Below are positions 29,964 through 39,402 of a DNA stretch of 64,000 nucleotides, piece by piece; positions within the stretch are counted from its first letter, which is position 1; each line of letters starts with the position of its first letter. A program made the translations under genes and the position numbers. The stretch covers positions 792,935-856,934 of the forward strand of contig OZ246395.1 in the NCBI GenBank assembly GCA_965230915.1, read 5' to 3'. Under the pieces are notes generated by a model, which worked only from the letters and a program-made list of their open reading frames with translations, made no database searches and was not told the DNA's origin. The stretch is from an uncultured Candidatus Saccharibacteria bacterium (GTDB lineage Bacteria > Patescibacteriota > WWE3 > 2-01-FULL-39-13).

Positions 29964-30199
29964 TCAAACCATTTCAAACTTTTCTCGAAGCTAATAAGTT
30001 CCTCGGCACAACCTTTACTGGGAAATTATATGTTTTCAGCCTGCGAAAGCTTCTATAAAAGTTTGAAATTTGTTTAAATAAATCAATAATAACCCACCCA
30101 CCGTATACCCTATAGTATTGACTATTCCGACGAAAAATGCTAATATCATGCGCATATATAACTATCGCAGTTATTAATCGCACACTACGGAGAACTAAA

Positions 30200-30517
30200 A
30201 TGAGTTTCCCACACAACCCACATCTGGAATTTGCGGCAATTCTGCTGATGACCATTTCAGGTCTGATGGACGGGGTAGCCCTTTTTCAAATAAAAAGGTT
30301 AATATCGCCATTTGGCCTGATAAGCAGAGGTTTGCTAGGTTGTATTGTAGCGGTCCTATATTTGATTTCCGGGGGAAGCCTTCTCGGTACAGTAGTCTGG
30401 GCTATGCTAGGGCTAACTAAATTTGTTGCCTATCTAGCAATTTATGCGAAATTGTTTTACTTCAAAAAGCCGATCATATACCAGATTAGCGACCAAGAAA
30501 CGCTGATCGAACTATAA
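30200..30517 (+). CDS. Small membrane protein with SD, own promoter and 3' hairpin
   Basis: TTGACT-17-TAATAT at 30118-30146; GGAG SD; about 3 TM; hairpin 30540-30585 + T-tract. Confidence 0.6.
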   Translation: MSFPHNPHLEFAAILLMTISGLMDGVALFQIKRLISPFGLISRGLLGCIVAVLYLISGGSLLGTVVWAMLGLTKFVAYLAIYAKLFYFKKPIIYQISDQETLIEL

Positions 30518-30539
30518 GATAACCAGTTTTAGATGCTTT

Positions 30540-30590
30540 AAGCCGGGAGGCATTGAATCTATCAAGATACAATGTCGCCCGGCTTTTTTT
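30540..30590 (+). terminator. Intrinsic terminator with long stem
   Basis: AAGCCGGG-AGGCATTG...CAATGTC-G-CCCGGCTT followed by T-run. Confidence 0.8.
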
Positions 30591-30614
30591 ATGCTGTGCT
30601 ACTATTCCACTAGT

Positions 30615-32279
30615 ATGTCTTCTTATAGTTGGAATCTTCTTCACAAATCTAAAATCGAAAACATTTCGGAACTCGAAAGTATCCTGTTAAAAAATCGTGA
30701 AATCGAAGATACTGAAAAATTCCTTAATCCTACTCCACCGAATAAATTATTAGACGAAAATCCGCAATTAAAAGAAAAATTCCTGATCGCAAAAAAAATA
30801 ATTTTGGACGCAATTGAAAAAGAGCTTCCAATAATTATTCACGGTGATTATGATGTAGATGGCCAAACGGCGACTGCGATTTTATGGCGAACAATTTACA
30901 ACGACTTGCAGTATAAAAATGTTTTTCCGTATATTCCAAATCGTTTTGATGAAGGTTATGGAGTTTCACTCGAAAGTTTGAAAGGCATTCGCAAATTACT
31001 GCAAGAAAAAAATTTTGCAGAGAATTGTGAGGCGCTTTTAATAACTGTTGATTGTGGAATTACTTCGAATAAAGAAATTGCATATGCACGCGAAAATAAT
31101 TTTCAAGTTGTGTTAACCGATCATCACCATGCATCAGAAAATTTGCCAGATGCAAATATTGTTGTTCACACCGACAAAGCAACTGGTGCTGGAATTTCAT
31201 GGTTATTATCAAACCAATTAAATGAAACAGAAGATAAATATTTAGAACTTGCGGCACTCGGAACAATTTGTGATTTACAACCTCTCGTTGGTATTAATCG
31301 TTCAATTGCAAAATATGGAATTAACAAACTAAATAATTCCGATTTAGCATTTGTTGAAGCAATAAAAGAGTCAGCTGCAATTACTACACGATTAGATACT
31401 TATGAAATTGGTTGGGTAATTGGCCCGCGTTTGAATGCAACGGGCCGTTTAGAAAGTGCAATGGATTCATTGCGTTTGCTTTGTAGCGATTCCCCTACTC
31501 AAGCAAAAGATTTAGCAAATCAGTTAACTGAAATAAATAAAACGCGTCAAAATCAAACTGAAGCGAATTTATTAAACGCAATTTCAGAGTTTAAAGATGT
31601 CGAGGCAACAGCGATTCCAAATTTTATTGTTACTTCTAACGAGAATTATCACGAAGGAGTTATAGGTTTGGTTGCTGGAAAATTAGTACAAACTTATTAC
31701 CGCCCTGCTATTGCGATTTCAATTTCAAAAGATGGCAAAGCCAAAGGTTCCGCACGTTCAATTAAAGGAATTTCAATCGTCGAAACTTTAAAACAACTTG
31801 AGCATTTATTTATAAATGTTGGCGGACACGACATGGCCGCAGGATTTTCGATTGAAACACAAAATATAGAAAAATTAAAAGATGAACTTGCAAAAGTTGA
31901 AGTTGTAAAATCCGATGAAGTTTTTACAAAACAAATTGATATCGATGCAGAAATTTCGCACAATTTAATTTCATTTGAAACTTTTGATGAACTTCAAAAT
32001 TTAAAACCATTTGGAATGGGAAACGCCGAACCAGTTTTTCTGATAAAGAATATGAAAGTTTTTAATATAAGTATTTTTGGTAAAGAAAATTCACACATTA
32101 AATTTTTTGTTACAGATGAAAATGGCGAAGAGTATTCTGCTTTGGCGTTTAGTCGTCGTGATTTACAGGAAGCTGCAAATATCGGAGACAAGATTGATGT
32201 TGTTGCAACACTTTCGAAAAATGTTTGGAATGGAAAGACTTCGTTGGAACTTAAAGTGAAGGATGTGAAAGAAAGTTAA
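30615..32279 (+). CDS. recJ: Single-stranded DNA exonuclease RecJ
   Basis: HGDYDVDG, ITVDCG, TDHH, PRLNATGR, GSARS, GGHDMAAG, PFGMGN.EP. Confidence 0.97.
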   Translation: MSSYSWNLLHKSKIENISELESILLKNREIEDTEKFLNPTPPNKLLDENPQLKEKFLIAKKIILDAIEKELPIIIHGDYDVDGQTATAILWRTIYNDLQYKNVFPYIPNRFDEGYGVSLESLKGIRKLLQEKNFAENCEALLITVDCGITSNKEIAYARENNFQVVLTDHHHASENLPDANIVVHTDKATGAGISWLLSNQLNETEDKYLELAALGTICDLQPLVGINRSIAKYGINKLNNSDLAFVEAIKESAAITTRLDTYEIGWVIGPRLNATGRLESAMDSLRLLCSDSPTQAKDLANQLTEINKTRQNQTEANLLNAISEFKDVEATAIPNFIVTSNENYHEGVIGLVAGKLVQTYYRPAIAISISKDGKAKGSARSIKGISIVETLKQLEHLFINVGGHDMAAGFSIETQNIEKLKDELAKVEVVKSDEVFTKQIDIDAEISHNLISFETFDELQNLKPFGMGNAEPVFLIKNMKVFNISIFGKENSHIKFFVTDENGEEYSALAFSRRDLQEAANIGDKIDVVATLSKNVWNGKTSLELKVKDVKES

Positions 32280-32285
32280 AAAAGC

Positions 32286-32326
32286 ACCCTACGAAAGTAG
32301 AAAATAAATTCCTAAATTCGTAGGGT
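32286..32326. terminator. Hairpin between recJ and convergent GC-rich unit
   Basis: ACCCTACGAA...TTCGTAGGGT with A-run on the left. Confidence 0.7.
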
Positions 32327-32350
32327 TCGACACTGCGCTTTAGCGTTTAC

Positions 32351-32491
32351 TTATGCGTGCTTTATGAGCACATAGACAAGCATGCCTGCGACAATCACCA
32401 ACTCGGCAATGCAAAACCACAAGCCAACGTTGGTCTCAACCTCAATTTCGTGAATCTGGTTGAGAGCTTTGCGTCTCATCCACTGATACAT
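32351..32491 (-). CDS. 46-aa single-TM protein, absent from ORF track
   Basis: MYQWMRRKALNQIHEIEVETNVGLWFCIAELVIVAGMLVYVLIKHA; SD AAGGAAAGGGAG; directly downstream of 32520..32963. Confidence 0.65.
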   Translation of the reverse strand: MYQWMRRKALNQIHEIEVETNVGLWFCIAELVIVAGMLVYVLIKHA

Positions 32492-32519
32492 GTGGCAGCT
32501 CCCTTTCCTTATGGCTGCT

Positions 32520-32963
32520 TTACTTTCGTAAATTACTCAGATAAAGCTCGGGCGCTTCACCTGCCTCCACGCGAAATGGTTTTTCACCATCCCAGCCGCA
32601 ATGCCATGCACCGCCTTCGTCCGGAAGCTCATACAACACTACGGGCCAATAGTTGCTGAACCCCTCCTTCTGGCTGGGCCAATATTTGTGCATGATGCGC
32701 AAAGTTTCGTCGTCCGGAATCGCAAAGACAGGAGTACCGTCGCCTGGGTCAAACCATGCGTGGGCGACGTCTTTAGTCTGGATTAGAAACTCAACTTCGC
32801 TCGGGTCTTCCAAGCTTGGCTCTATGACTTCTTCGAGCACGGCAACAAGACAGTGATCATCATTGCCCGCCAGCGCAGTCGCAGTCTGAGCAAAAAATGG
32901 TGTTACTACCAAACTCACGGCTGTAGCAATTCCAAAAACAGCGTTCAAAATACCCTTAGACAT
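32520..32963 (-). CDS. GC-rich secreted single PKD-like protein with LYLSNLRK tail
   Basis: Signal peptide ending ALA; WFDPGDG..HKY; GTATGAAGAGAGGA upstream; TTGACT-17-TACAAT at 33015-33043. Confidence 0.75.
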   Translation of the reverse strand: MSKGILNAVFGIATAVSLVVTPFFAQTATALAGNDDHCLVAVLEEVIEPSLEDPSEVEFLIQTKDVAHAWFDPGDGTPVFAIPDDETLRIMHKYWPSQKEGFSNYWPVVLYELPDEGGAWHCGWDGEKPFRVEAGEAPELYLSNLRK

Positions 32964-33073
32964 TTCTTAATCCTCTCTTCATACAGTTTATTGGGTTGGT
33001 ATAGAACGGGCGTAATTGTAGGGTTTAAAATACTATAAGTCAACCGCTAACGGGCTTTTTGTAGATTGCTCTA

Positions 33074-33700
33074 TTAGTCGATAAAGTGAATCGACTTTCT
33101 TATGTTCTCGGCATTTTCATTTTCAGCATATTCAACCACGATCCATTTATCGGTCGATGGAGACTGCATTAAATAAATTTTATTTACCCCAGTTGTCGGA
33201 CCAGATTTAACTTCATATGCTGCCATATAAGCATCTTTTGTACCTTCAATTTTAACTTTCTCTGGTTCATTCACAAAATCGCCACCCATACTTGGATCCA
33301 TTTCATCTAATTTTAATTGGATAAACTGAATCGGATTATCAATTTCAACTGGCTTATAAATTACCAAAGCAGAAAATTCCTGACCTACCCGAGGTTCAAC
33401 GGCCATAATATAGTGGTCGCCATTATCTTGAATAAAATAACCAGGATGCATAAAGTAATAACCTTCACCATCGACTTGTTCCCAATCTTTGTAAACTGCG
33501 AGGTCGGCTGGAAGTTCTTCGCCCTCTGCAAGTTCGATTTCTTCTTCGTTATTTGTATTTTGAGATTCTGTTTCTTGCATCGATCCGCCAAATTCAGAAT
33601 CGATTGGTTGCTGCATTTTGTTGCGAGCATTCATGTAATATAAGATGCCGGAGATTCCAGCTATTAGGACTATTATGAGGAGCAGGTTAATTGTTTTCAT
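33074..33700 (-). CDS. Membrane-anchored hypothetical protein (PsbP-like fold possible)
   Basis: N-terminal TM; YYFMHP motif; leaderless-type start. Confidence 0.6.
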   Translation of the reverse strand: MKTINLLLIIVLIAGISGILYYMNARNKMQQPIDSEFGGSMQETESQNTNNEEEIELAEGEELPADLAVYKDWEQVDGEGYYFMHPGYFIQDNGDHYIMAVEPRVGQEFSALVIYKPVEIDNPIQFIQLKLDEMDPSMGGDFVNEPEKVKIEGTKDAYMAAYEVKSGPTTGVNKIYLMQSPSTDKWIVVEYAENENAENIRKSIHFID

Positions 33701-33792
33701 GCCCTCATCCTACATGGATAATTTGAATGAGTAAACCCTAAAACTAAACCATATATACAAGTACAAATATTTTAACTATTATTAAATTTAAG

Positions 33793-34203
33793 ATGAGTGC
33801 TGATCTGGCTGAACATGAACTCCCCTTTCTAGCAAAATGGCCTAAATGGCTTCGATGGCTTTTATTCCTACCATTAGGAATTATTTCTGGTATGTTAGGA
33901 TCAGCCTTTATTCATCTAACACAATGGTTTATGGGCTTTGGTAGCGAGACTCCATATGTAGTTTTTCTAAGTAATGGAGCTTTTGGATATGTCTTCTTAT
34001 ATGTCTCTTCTATAATGGCTCCTAAAAATCATTTTACCGTATCAATAATTTTATTTGCGTTATCTTGCATACTATATGGGATATCATTCCTAAGCATATT
34101 AAATGGTAACTACGCAGTTAGTATTATAGTTGACTCATTAGGTCTTATAGGAGCCCTTTTAGGCTCAGGCATTGTAGTTTATTCTTTAAAAGAAAGTGAA
34201 TAA
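33793..34203 (+). CDS. 4-TM hypothetical membrane protein
   Basis: Hydrophobic ORF with ATG start. Confidence 0.6.
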   Translation: MSADLAEHELPFLAKWPKWLRWLLFLPLGIISGMLGSAFIHLTQWFMGFGSETPYVVFLSNGAFGYVFLYVSSIMAPKNHFTVSIILFALSCILYGISFLSILNGNYAVSIIVDSLGLIGALLGSGIVVYSLKESE

Positions 34204-34235
34204 ACTTTTATCATACCTGCTATAATTTCCCTATA

Positions 34236-34376
34236 GCAATGATCCTTATGACACGGGGGAGCTAGTTCGAAAACTGAGACATAAGCTGCTTCGGGCTAAC
34301 AGCCGAAGAAGCGAGGTGGCACCGCGCAATTTAGCGTCCTCGCAAGTTTATCAATTTACTTGATAATCATGCGAAG
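34236..34376 (+). promoter_or_regulatory. T-box riboswitch (compact stem I, probable GAC/Asp specifier)
   Basis: AGGTGGCACCGCG T-box in GCGAGG...CGTCCTCGC antiterminator; upstream of aspS; TGcTATAAT promoter at 34218-34226. Confidence 0.85.
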
Positions 34377-34432
34377 AAAGGCTTGGCCACAACCTATTCC
34401 ACTTCTCAGAGATTATCCAAAACAAGTTATTT

Positions 34433-35722
34433 ATGGAACGAACACACATAAAAGATGTTCCAACAATGGTCGGTGAGACCGTAAAAATATCTGGCTTCGT
34501 ACACGCCATTCGAAACCAGGGCAGTATCAAGTTTATTATTTTGCGCGATGTGACCGGGCTTATACAGTCGGTCATTTTAAAGAGCTCCCCTGCTTTTGCA
34601 GTGGTCGATGAACTTTCGCTAGAATCAGTCATCGAAATTGAAGGCTTGGCTAAAGCTGAAAAACAGGCTCCTGGAGGGTTCGAAATTGAAGCTCAGAATA
34701 TAAATATTCTTTCAAAAGCTGCGCCCGAACTCCCTATTCCAGTTGTTACTGAAAAAGGTGGAGAGGAAACCAACCAGCCACAAAGATTAGATTATCGCTG
34801 GATCGATTTGCGAAAACCTGAAAATACAAAGATTTTTAAAGTTTGGACTGCGCTTGAAAGAGGAGCACGCGATTATTTTTTGAACAATGGATTCATTCAA
34901 TTTTATTCTCCGGCATTAATGAATGCGGCATCCGAAGGTGGATCTGAATTTTTTACTGTAAATTATTTTGATAGAAAAGCATATCTATCTCAGTCTCCAC
35001 AATTTTACAAACAAATGGCGATGGCTGCCGGCTTTGAAAAAGTTTTTGCAGTAGGGCCAGTTTTTAGAGCTGAACCATCTTTTACTACTCGTCATATGAC
35101 TGAATTTACCGGCTGGGACTTTGAAATCAGCTATGTAAATTCTCATCACGATGTTATGGATGCCGAAGAAGGAATGTTAGTCGAAGGTTTTAAAGCATTA
35201 AAAGAAACTGAAATGCCAGATTTGGAAATTCCTAGTCGTCCTTTTCCGAGATTAACAATGGTCGAAGCTAAAAAGAAATTAGCCGAAGCTGGAATTAAAT
35301 CTGAAAAAGAACACGACCTTTCACCAGAAGAAGAAAGAGAAATTTGCCGAATCGTAAAAGAAGAAACAGCTAGTGATTTTGTTTTTGTAACCGATTACCA
35401 TATTTCGATTCGACCTTTCTATCATATGCGACACGCTGATATGCCTGATCGTACAAAGAGCTTTGACCTTTTATATAAAGGTATTGAAATTACAACCGGT
35501 GCTCAACGAGAACATCGCGTTGGAATTTTAGAAAAACAGGCGGTTGAAAAAGGCGTCGAACTTGAAAGTATCAAAGAGTACATTAACTTCTTTAGATTTG
35601 GAATGCCTCCACATGGAGGTGGTGGTATAGGACCTGGAAGAATTGTTATGCAGCTTTTAGATTTGGCGAATATTCGCGAAGCGACTTTCTTGCCAAGAGA
35701 TGTTAAGAGATTGACACCTTGA
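34433..35722 (+). CDS. aspS: Aspartyl-tRNA synthetase, short archaeal-type (probably non-discriminating)
   Basis: RLDYRWIDLR, YLSQSPQFYKQ, VFRAE..RH.TEF, GAQREH, PPHGG; 429 aa lacking the GAD insertion. Confidence 0.95.
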   Translation: MERTHIKDVPTMVGETVKISGFVHAIRNQGSIKFIILRDVTGLIQSVILKSSPAFAVVDELSLESVIEIEGLAKAEKQAPGGFEIEAQNINILSKAAPELPIPVVTEKGGEETNQPQRLDYRWIDLRKPENTKIFKVWTALERGARDYFLNNGFIQFYSPALMNAASEGGSEFFTVNYFDRKAYLSQSPQFYKQMAMAAGFEKVFAVGPVFRAEPSFTTRHMTEFTGWDFEISYVNSHHDVMDAEEGMLVEGFKALKETEMPDLEIPSRPFPRLTMVEAKKKLAEAGIKSEKEHDLSPEEEREICRIVKEETASDFVFVTDYHISIRPFYHMRHADMPDRTKSFDLLYKGIEITTGAQREHRVGILEKQAVEKGVELESIKEYINFFRFGMPPHGGGGIGPGRIVMQLLDLANIREATFLPRDVKRLTP

Positions 35723-35729
35723 TTTTTGA

Positions 35730-35810
35730 GCAAGGATTTTTTATGCGGTTAGCCATGCTGCTAACAAGCGTAAAAAATCCTTGCGAAAACCCTGGCTAAC
35801 CACGCAAAAA
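35730..35810. terminator. Long hairpin between convergent genes with an alternative pairing arm
   Basis: GCAAGGATTTTTT...AAAAAATCCTTGC; GGTTAGCCA can alternatively pair with TGGCTAACC. Confidence 0.6.
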
Positions 35811-35825
35811 ACTTTGTTCAAAGAA

Positions 35826-36218
35826 TTATTTGTCTGTAACGATCACACTCCCCTTCATATTTGGATGAAGGCTACAAGTGTAAGTAAAAGATCCAACCTT
35901 ATTAAAAGTTAATATTTTTGATTCACCGGGATTTAATATTCCTGTATACCAACTGCTATCATCAGAAGTCGCACTATGCTGAACCGAATCATTGTTTGTC
36001 CATTTTATAGTTTGTCCAACCTTAATTGTTACCACCGATGGGCCAAAAGCAAAATTTTGAATGTTTACGTCAGCGTCAGCTTTTTGCTCGACCTGCTCTG
36101 ACTGCGAATTATTTTGTTCTACATTACTCGAAGACATTTGAGGCCTCATTTTAAAATACCAATATCCTGCTCCACCTAAAACTATTAACAAAATTAGAAC
36201 AATAAGCAATTTATTCAT
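35826..36218 (-). CDS. Cupredoxin (plastocyanin/amicyanin-like) membrane-anchored protein
   Basis: FAFGP, WTNND..HS, YTCSLHPNMKG type-1 Cu ligands. Confidence 0.9.
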   Translation of the reverse strand: MNKLLIVLILLIVLGGAGYWYFKMRPQMSSSNVEQNNSQSEQVEQKADADVNIQNFAFGPSVVTIKVGQTIKWTNNDSVQHSATSDDSSWYTGILNPGESKILTFNKVGSFTYTCSLHPNMKGSVIVTDK

Positions 36219-36304
36219 AGTTTCATTTTATGCATTCATTCACAAAGGTCAAATGAACTTGCAATTTATTTCGGTTCAAATATACTTAACTAAGTTAAAT
36301 AACT

Positions 36305-36778
36305 TTGTTAATGAATTATATGGATCAAGATCAGACCTTAAGAATGCATAATTTAGGAATAATTCAAGGATACTCATATCGAGTTCTAGAAAATCATTTA
36401 GGCATCTTACTTAAAAAATATAATTTGCTAATTCCTGAATGGAAATTACTCGGGCTCATATTCGAAAACCCCAATTTAAAAATCACCCAACTCGCAAGCC
36501 AACTAAAAGTAGAAATTCCATTTATAACCCGTCTTGTAAATTCACTTACAAAAAAGCAAATGGTAAAAAAAGTGACACGCAACAAAGATTTACGAATACA
36601 GCTAGTTGAACTTACAGAAGAAACAAAAGTATTATTGCCTAAACTAGAAATCGAAGTCGGGATATTAATGAGAAATTTATTAGAAGGAATAACTTCGGAA
36701 GAACGAAGCGCATACATGAATGTATTACAAACTGTTATTAATAATGCAAAAAAAATAGAAAGATCAGAAGAACTTTAA
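36305..36778 (+). CDS. MarR family transcriptional regulator
   Basis: ITQLA...[11 protein letters not shown]....DLR...VELT. Confidence 0.85.
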   Translation: MLMNYMDQDQTLRMHNLGIIQGYSYRVLENHLGILLKKYNLLIPEWKLLGLIFENPNLKITQLASQLKVEIPFITRLVNSLTKKQMVKKVTRNKDLRIQLVELTEETKVLLPKLEIEVGILMRNLLEGITSEERSAYMNVLQTVINNAKKIERSEEL

Positions 36779-36824
36779 AGCCATACTAAGTGTAATAAAT
36801 TTTATTTTAGGAGGTGATATACAA

Positions 36825-37502
36825 GTGAAAAAAGGAAACACAACAATGTACATTGTAATCGGAGTTGTTGCAGTTGCAGTTATAGCTCTTCTATTTATGA
36901 GAAACAATAATTCAGCAATGAAAGATAATTCAGATTCAATGAAGTCAGATGATTCAGCAATGATGAACGACGACTCTATGAATGATGATTCAATGATGGA
37001 TGATTCAATGATGGACGATTCGAGTTCAGATAATTCAAATAATAATATGGAAAATGGCGTAATGGTTGGAGGAGCAATGATGACTCCAGATAAAGATATA
37101 GTCGATAATGCTGTAAATTCTAATGACCATACAACTTTAGTTGCAGCTGTTAAGGCCGCAGGTTTAGTTGATACATTAAAGGGAGATGGACCATTTACGG
37201 TTTTTGCTCCAACAAATGATGCGTTTAACAAACTTCCTGCTGGTACTGTAGAAGATTTAGTTAAGCCAGAAAATAAAGATATGTTAACTAAAATTCTTAC
37301 TTACCATGTAGTATCTGGAAGATATACATCAGATATGTTGAAAGATGGAATGCAGTTAAAAACTGTTGAAGGAGAAATGCTAACTTTCAATGAGAAAGAT
37401 GGCCAGTGGTGGATTAATGGATCAGCAATGATCACAACCGCTGATGTAATTTCTAGCAATGGAGTTACATACGTAATAGATACTGTTTTGATGCCTAAGT
37501 AA
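36825..37502 (+). CDS. Fasciclin (FAS1) domain protein with Met/Asp-rich repeat
   Basis: [42 protein letters not shown]; SD AGGAGGT. Confidence 0.93.
   Translation: MKKGNTTMYIVIGVVAVAVIALLFMRNNNSAMKDNSDSMKSDDSAMMNDDSMNDDSMMDDSMMDDSSSDNSNNNMENGVMVGGAMMTPDKDIVDNAVNSNDHTTLVAAVKAAGLVDTLKGDGPFTVFAPTNDAFNKLPAGTVEDLVKPENKDMLTKILTYHVVSGRYTSDMLKDGMQLKTVEGEMLTFNEKDGQWWINGSAMITTADVISSNGVTYVIDTVLMPK
36948..37023 (+). repeat. About 15-bp coding tandem repeat (DDSMM)
   Basis: GATGATTCAATGATG-like units. Confidence 0.7.
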
Positions 37503-37673
37503 CGCCTTCGCTAACGCTACGGCTATCTTTTTTGACTATATCCTTCAGATAAATCAAAAAAGTAATTCCTTGGCTAACGCGAAATAAGTTAGGTAATACA
37601 GCTGGCTCTTCTGCAGGAGAGCTGGCTAAGTGCGTGATTAAAATTCCCAAACTAACGTTATAATCTATTAGTT

Positions 37674-38141
37674 ATGAACCTCACTGAAAGAATTGTTGAT
37701 TTTTTAACCAAAAATAAAGTTGAATACAAACTTTCTCACCATGAAGCCGTTCGCACAAGCGAAGAGGCGGCAAGGGTACGCGGGAATAAACCTGAAGAAG
37801 GCGCAAAGGCGTTGGTTTTTTGGGCCGATAGCTCACCTGTTCAAATTGTTATTCAAGGAAATTTAAAAGTCGACAAAGAAAAATTCAAAAATTTATTCGG
37901 TTTTAGTAAATTAAAAATGGTTTCTGCCGAAGAATTAAAACAAGTTAGTTCTGTTGAACCGGGGGCTGTTCCTCCATTTGGAAATCTTTTCGAGCCACCG
38001 ATAAAAGTGTTCTGCAACGAAGGATTTAGTGATACCATTGAATTTAATGCCGGTGACCACCGCATAAGTATCCAGATGAAATATAAAGATTGGCTGGATC
38101 TAGTAAATCCTAGTATTGGTGACTATGGAGAAAGAGCATAA
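37674..38141 (+). CDS. YbaK/ProX family aminoacyl-tRNA deacylase
   Basis: H..VRTSEEAA..RG...GAKAL, GAVPPFG, FNAG. Confidence 0.9.
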   Translation: MNLTERIVDFLTKNKVEYKLSHHEAVRTSEEAARVRGNKPEEGAKALVFWADSSPVQIVIQGNLKVDKEKFKNLFGFSKLKMVSAEELKQVSSVEPGAVPPFGNLFEPPIKVFCNEGFSDTIEFNAGDHRISIQMKYKDWLDLVNPSIGDYGERA

Positions 38142-39402
38142 AAGCAAACATAAAGTCCACAAAGTAAAAAAAGAAAATCAATTTTCTGAAGCTTCTACCG
38201 AACAACCGCATGAGAAACCTGTACCCGAGGTAACCCCGCAAATTCAAGAAGTTCATACTGAAAGAATCATAAAGGAGAAAAGCTCTACTGTTCCGATTTC
38301 TGCAACCGAAACTAAAACAGAGACTTTAAGTGTTAAAGAAGAAACAAGCACAGTTCACCATTCACCTAATACTTCGGAACTGGGGCAATTTCCTAAAAAG
38401 TCAAAAGATAAGATAAAGAAAAAAGATCAATTTGTAATACCTTTTTATATTTTTGTACTAGTACTTTTTACTCTATCTTTTGCTATTGGAGGACTGGCAG
38501 CAAAATTTATTCCCAATAATGCATTTGATGCGCTAAAAAGCTTGAATAAGATTTATAAAAACGAACCGGTAGCTGAAGTAGTTGAAGAAGCTACAGTTTC
38601 ATCCATACCAGTTGAACCAATAAATGAAATTGAACCACCTAGAATTTTACAAACTCAACCGCCAGAAATAAGCGCTAAGGCATATGGAATTTACACCTTC
38701 GAAAAAGGCGAATATAAAAAAATGACAGACAAGAATCCTGACGTTATGCTGCCAATGGCATCAGTAACAAAAGTTATGACTGCACTTGTTGCATTAGAAA
38801 ATTATGATTTAGATAAACCGGTTGTAATTCCGGCAAATTGCGTTGGTATAAACGCGAGTAGCGTTGGATTCAGACCAAACGATGTTCTGTCACTTCAAGA
38901 CGTTTTATATGGACTTCTAGTTAAATCAGGTGCAGATGCAGCCTGTGCAATTGCAAACATTGATAACGAAGCTGACTTTATTACAAAAATGAATCAAAAA
39001 GCTGCTGAACTTGGAATGACCAACACCAAATTTACAAATGCGATTGGGTTAGATAATAGTGATGCACATGTTTCAGATATTAACGATTTGAAAATTTTAG
39101 TTACGGCGGCACTAAAATATGGGTCGTTCAGAAAAATTGTTGGAACCGAAGACATTACAATAACTTCTAAATCGACCGGCGCCAGATACAATGTCCGTAA
39201 TACAAATGATTTATTATTCTCGATTCCAGGGACTGTCGGTATTAAAACTGGCTTCACGGACAGTGCAGGAGAATGCCTCGCCTATTTATATCAGAACAAA
39301 GATCAGGAAATATTAATTATTGTTTTGGGGTCGGCTGACCGATTCGGAGATACTTCGAAACTTTTGAATTGGGCTAAAGCTGAACTTTCAGAACAGAATT
39401 AG
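38125..39402 (+). CDS. D-alanyl-D-alanine carboxypeptidase (peptidase S11)
   Basis: ASVTKVMT, SGADAA, MN.KA.ELGM.NT.F.N..GL, GIKTGFT..AG.CL. Confidence 0.9.
   Translation: MEKEHKSKHKVHKVKKENQFSEASTEQPHEKPVPEVTPQIQEVHTERIIKEKSSTVPISATETKTETLSVKEETSTVHHSPNTSELGQFPKKSKDKIKKKDQFVIPFYIFVLVLFTLSFAIGGLAAKFIPNNAFDALKSLNKIYKNEPVAEVVEEATVSSIPVEPINEIEPPRILQTQPPEISAKAYGIYTFEKGEYKKMTDKNPDVMLPMASVTKVMTALVALENYDLDKPVVIPANCVGINASSVGFRPNDVLSLQDVLYGLLVKSGADAACAIANIDNEADFITKMNQKAAELGMTNTKFTNAIGLDNSDAHVSDINDLKILVTAALKYGSFRKIVGTEDITITSKSTGARYNVRNTNDLLFSIPGTVGIKTGFTDSAGECLAYLYQNKDQEILIIVLGSADRFGDTSKLLNWAKAELSEQN

Noticed and set aside
32340-33050. Leader/stop pairing TTAGCG...ACTTA vs TAAGT...CGCTAA
   Set aside because: The upstream partner overlaps the -35 box and lies outside the predicted transcript, and the match is interrupted.
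37572-37594. attC-like GGCTAAC...GTTAGGT
   Set aside because: Only about 23 nt long, far below attC size, with no L boxes.
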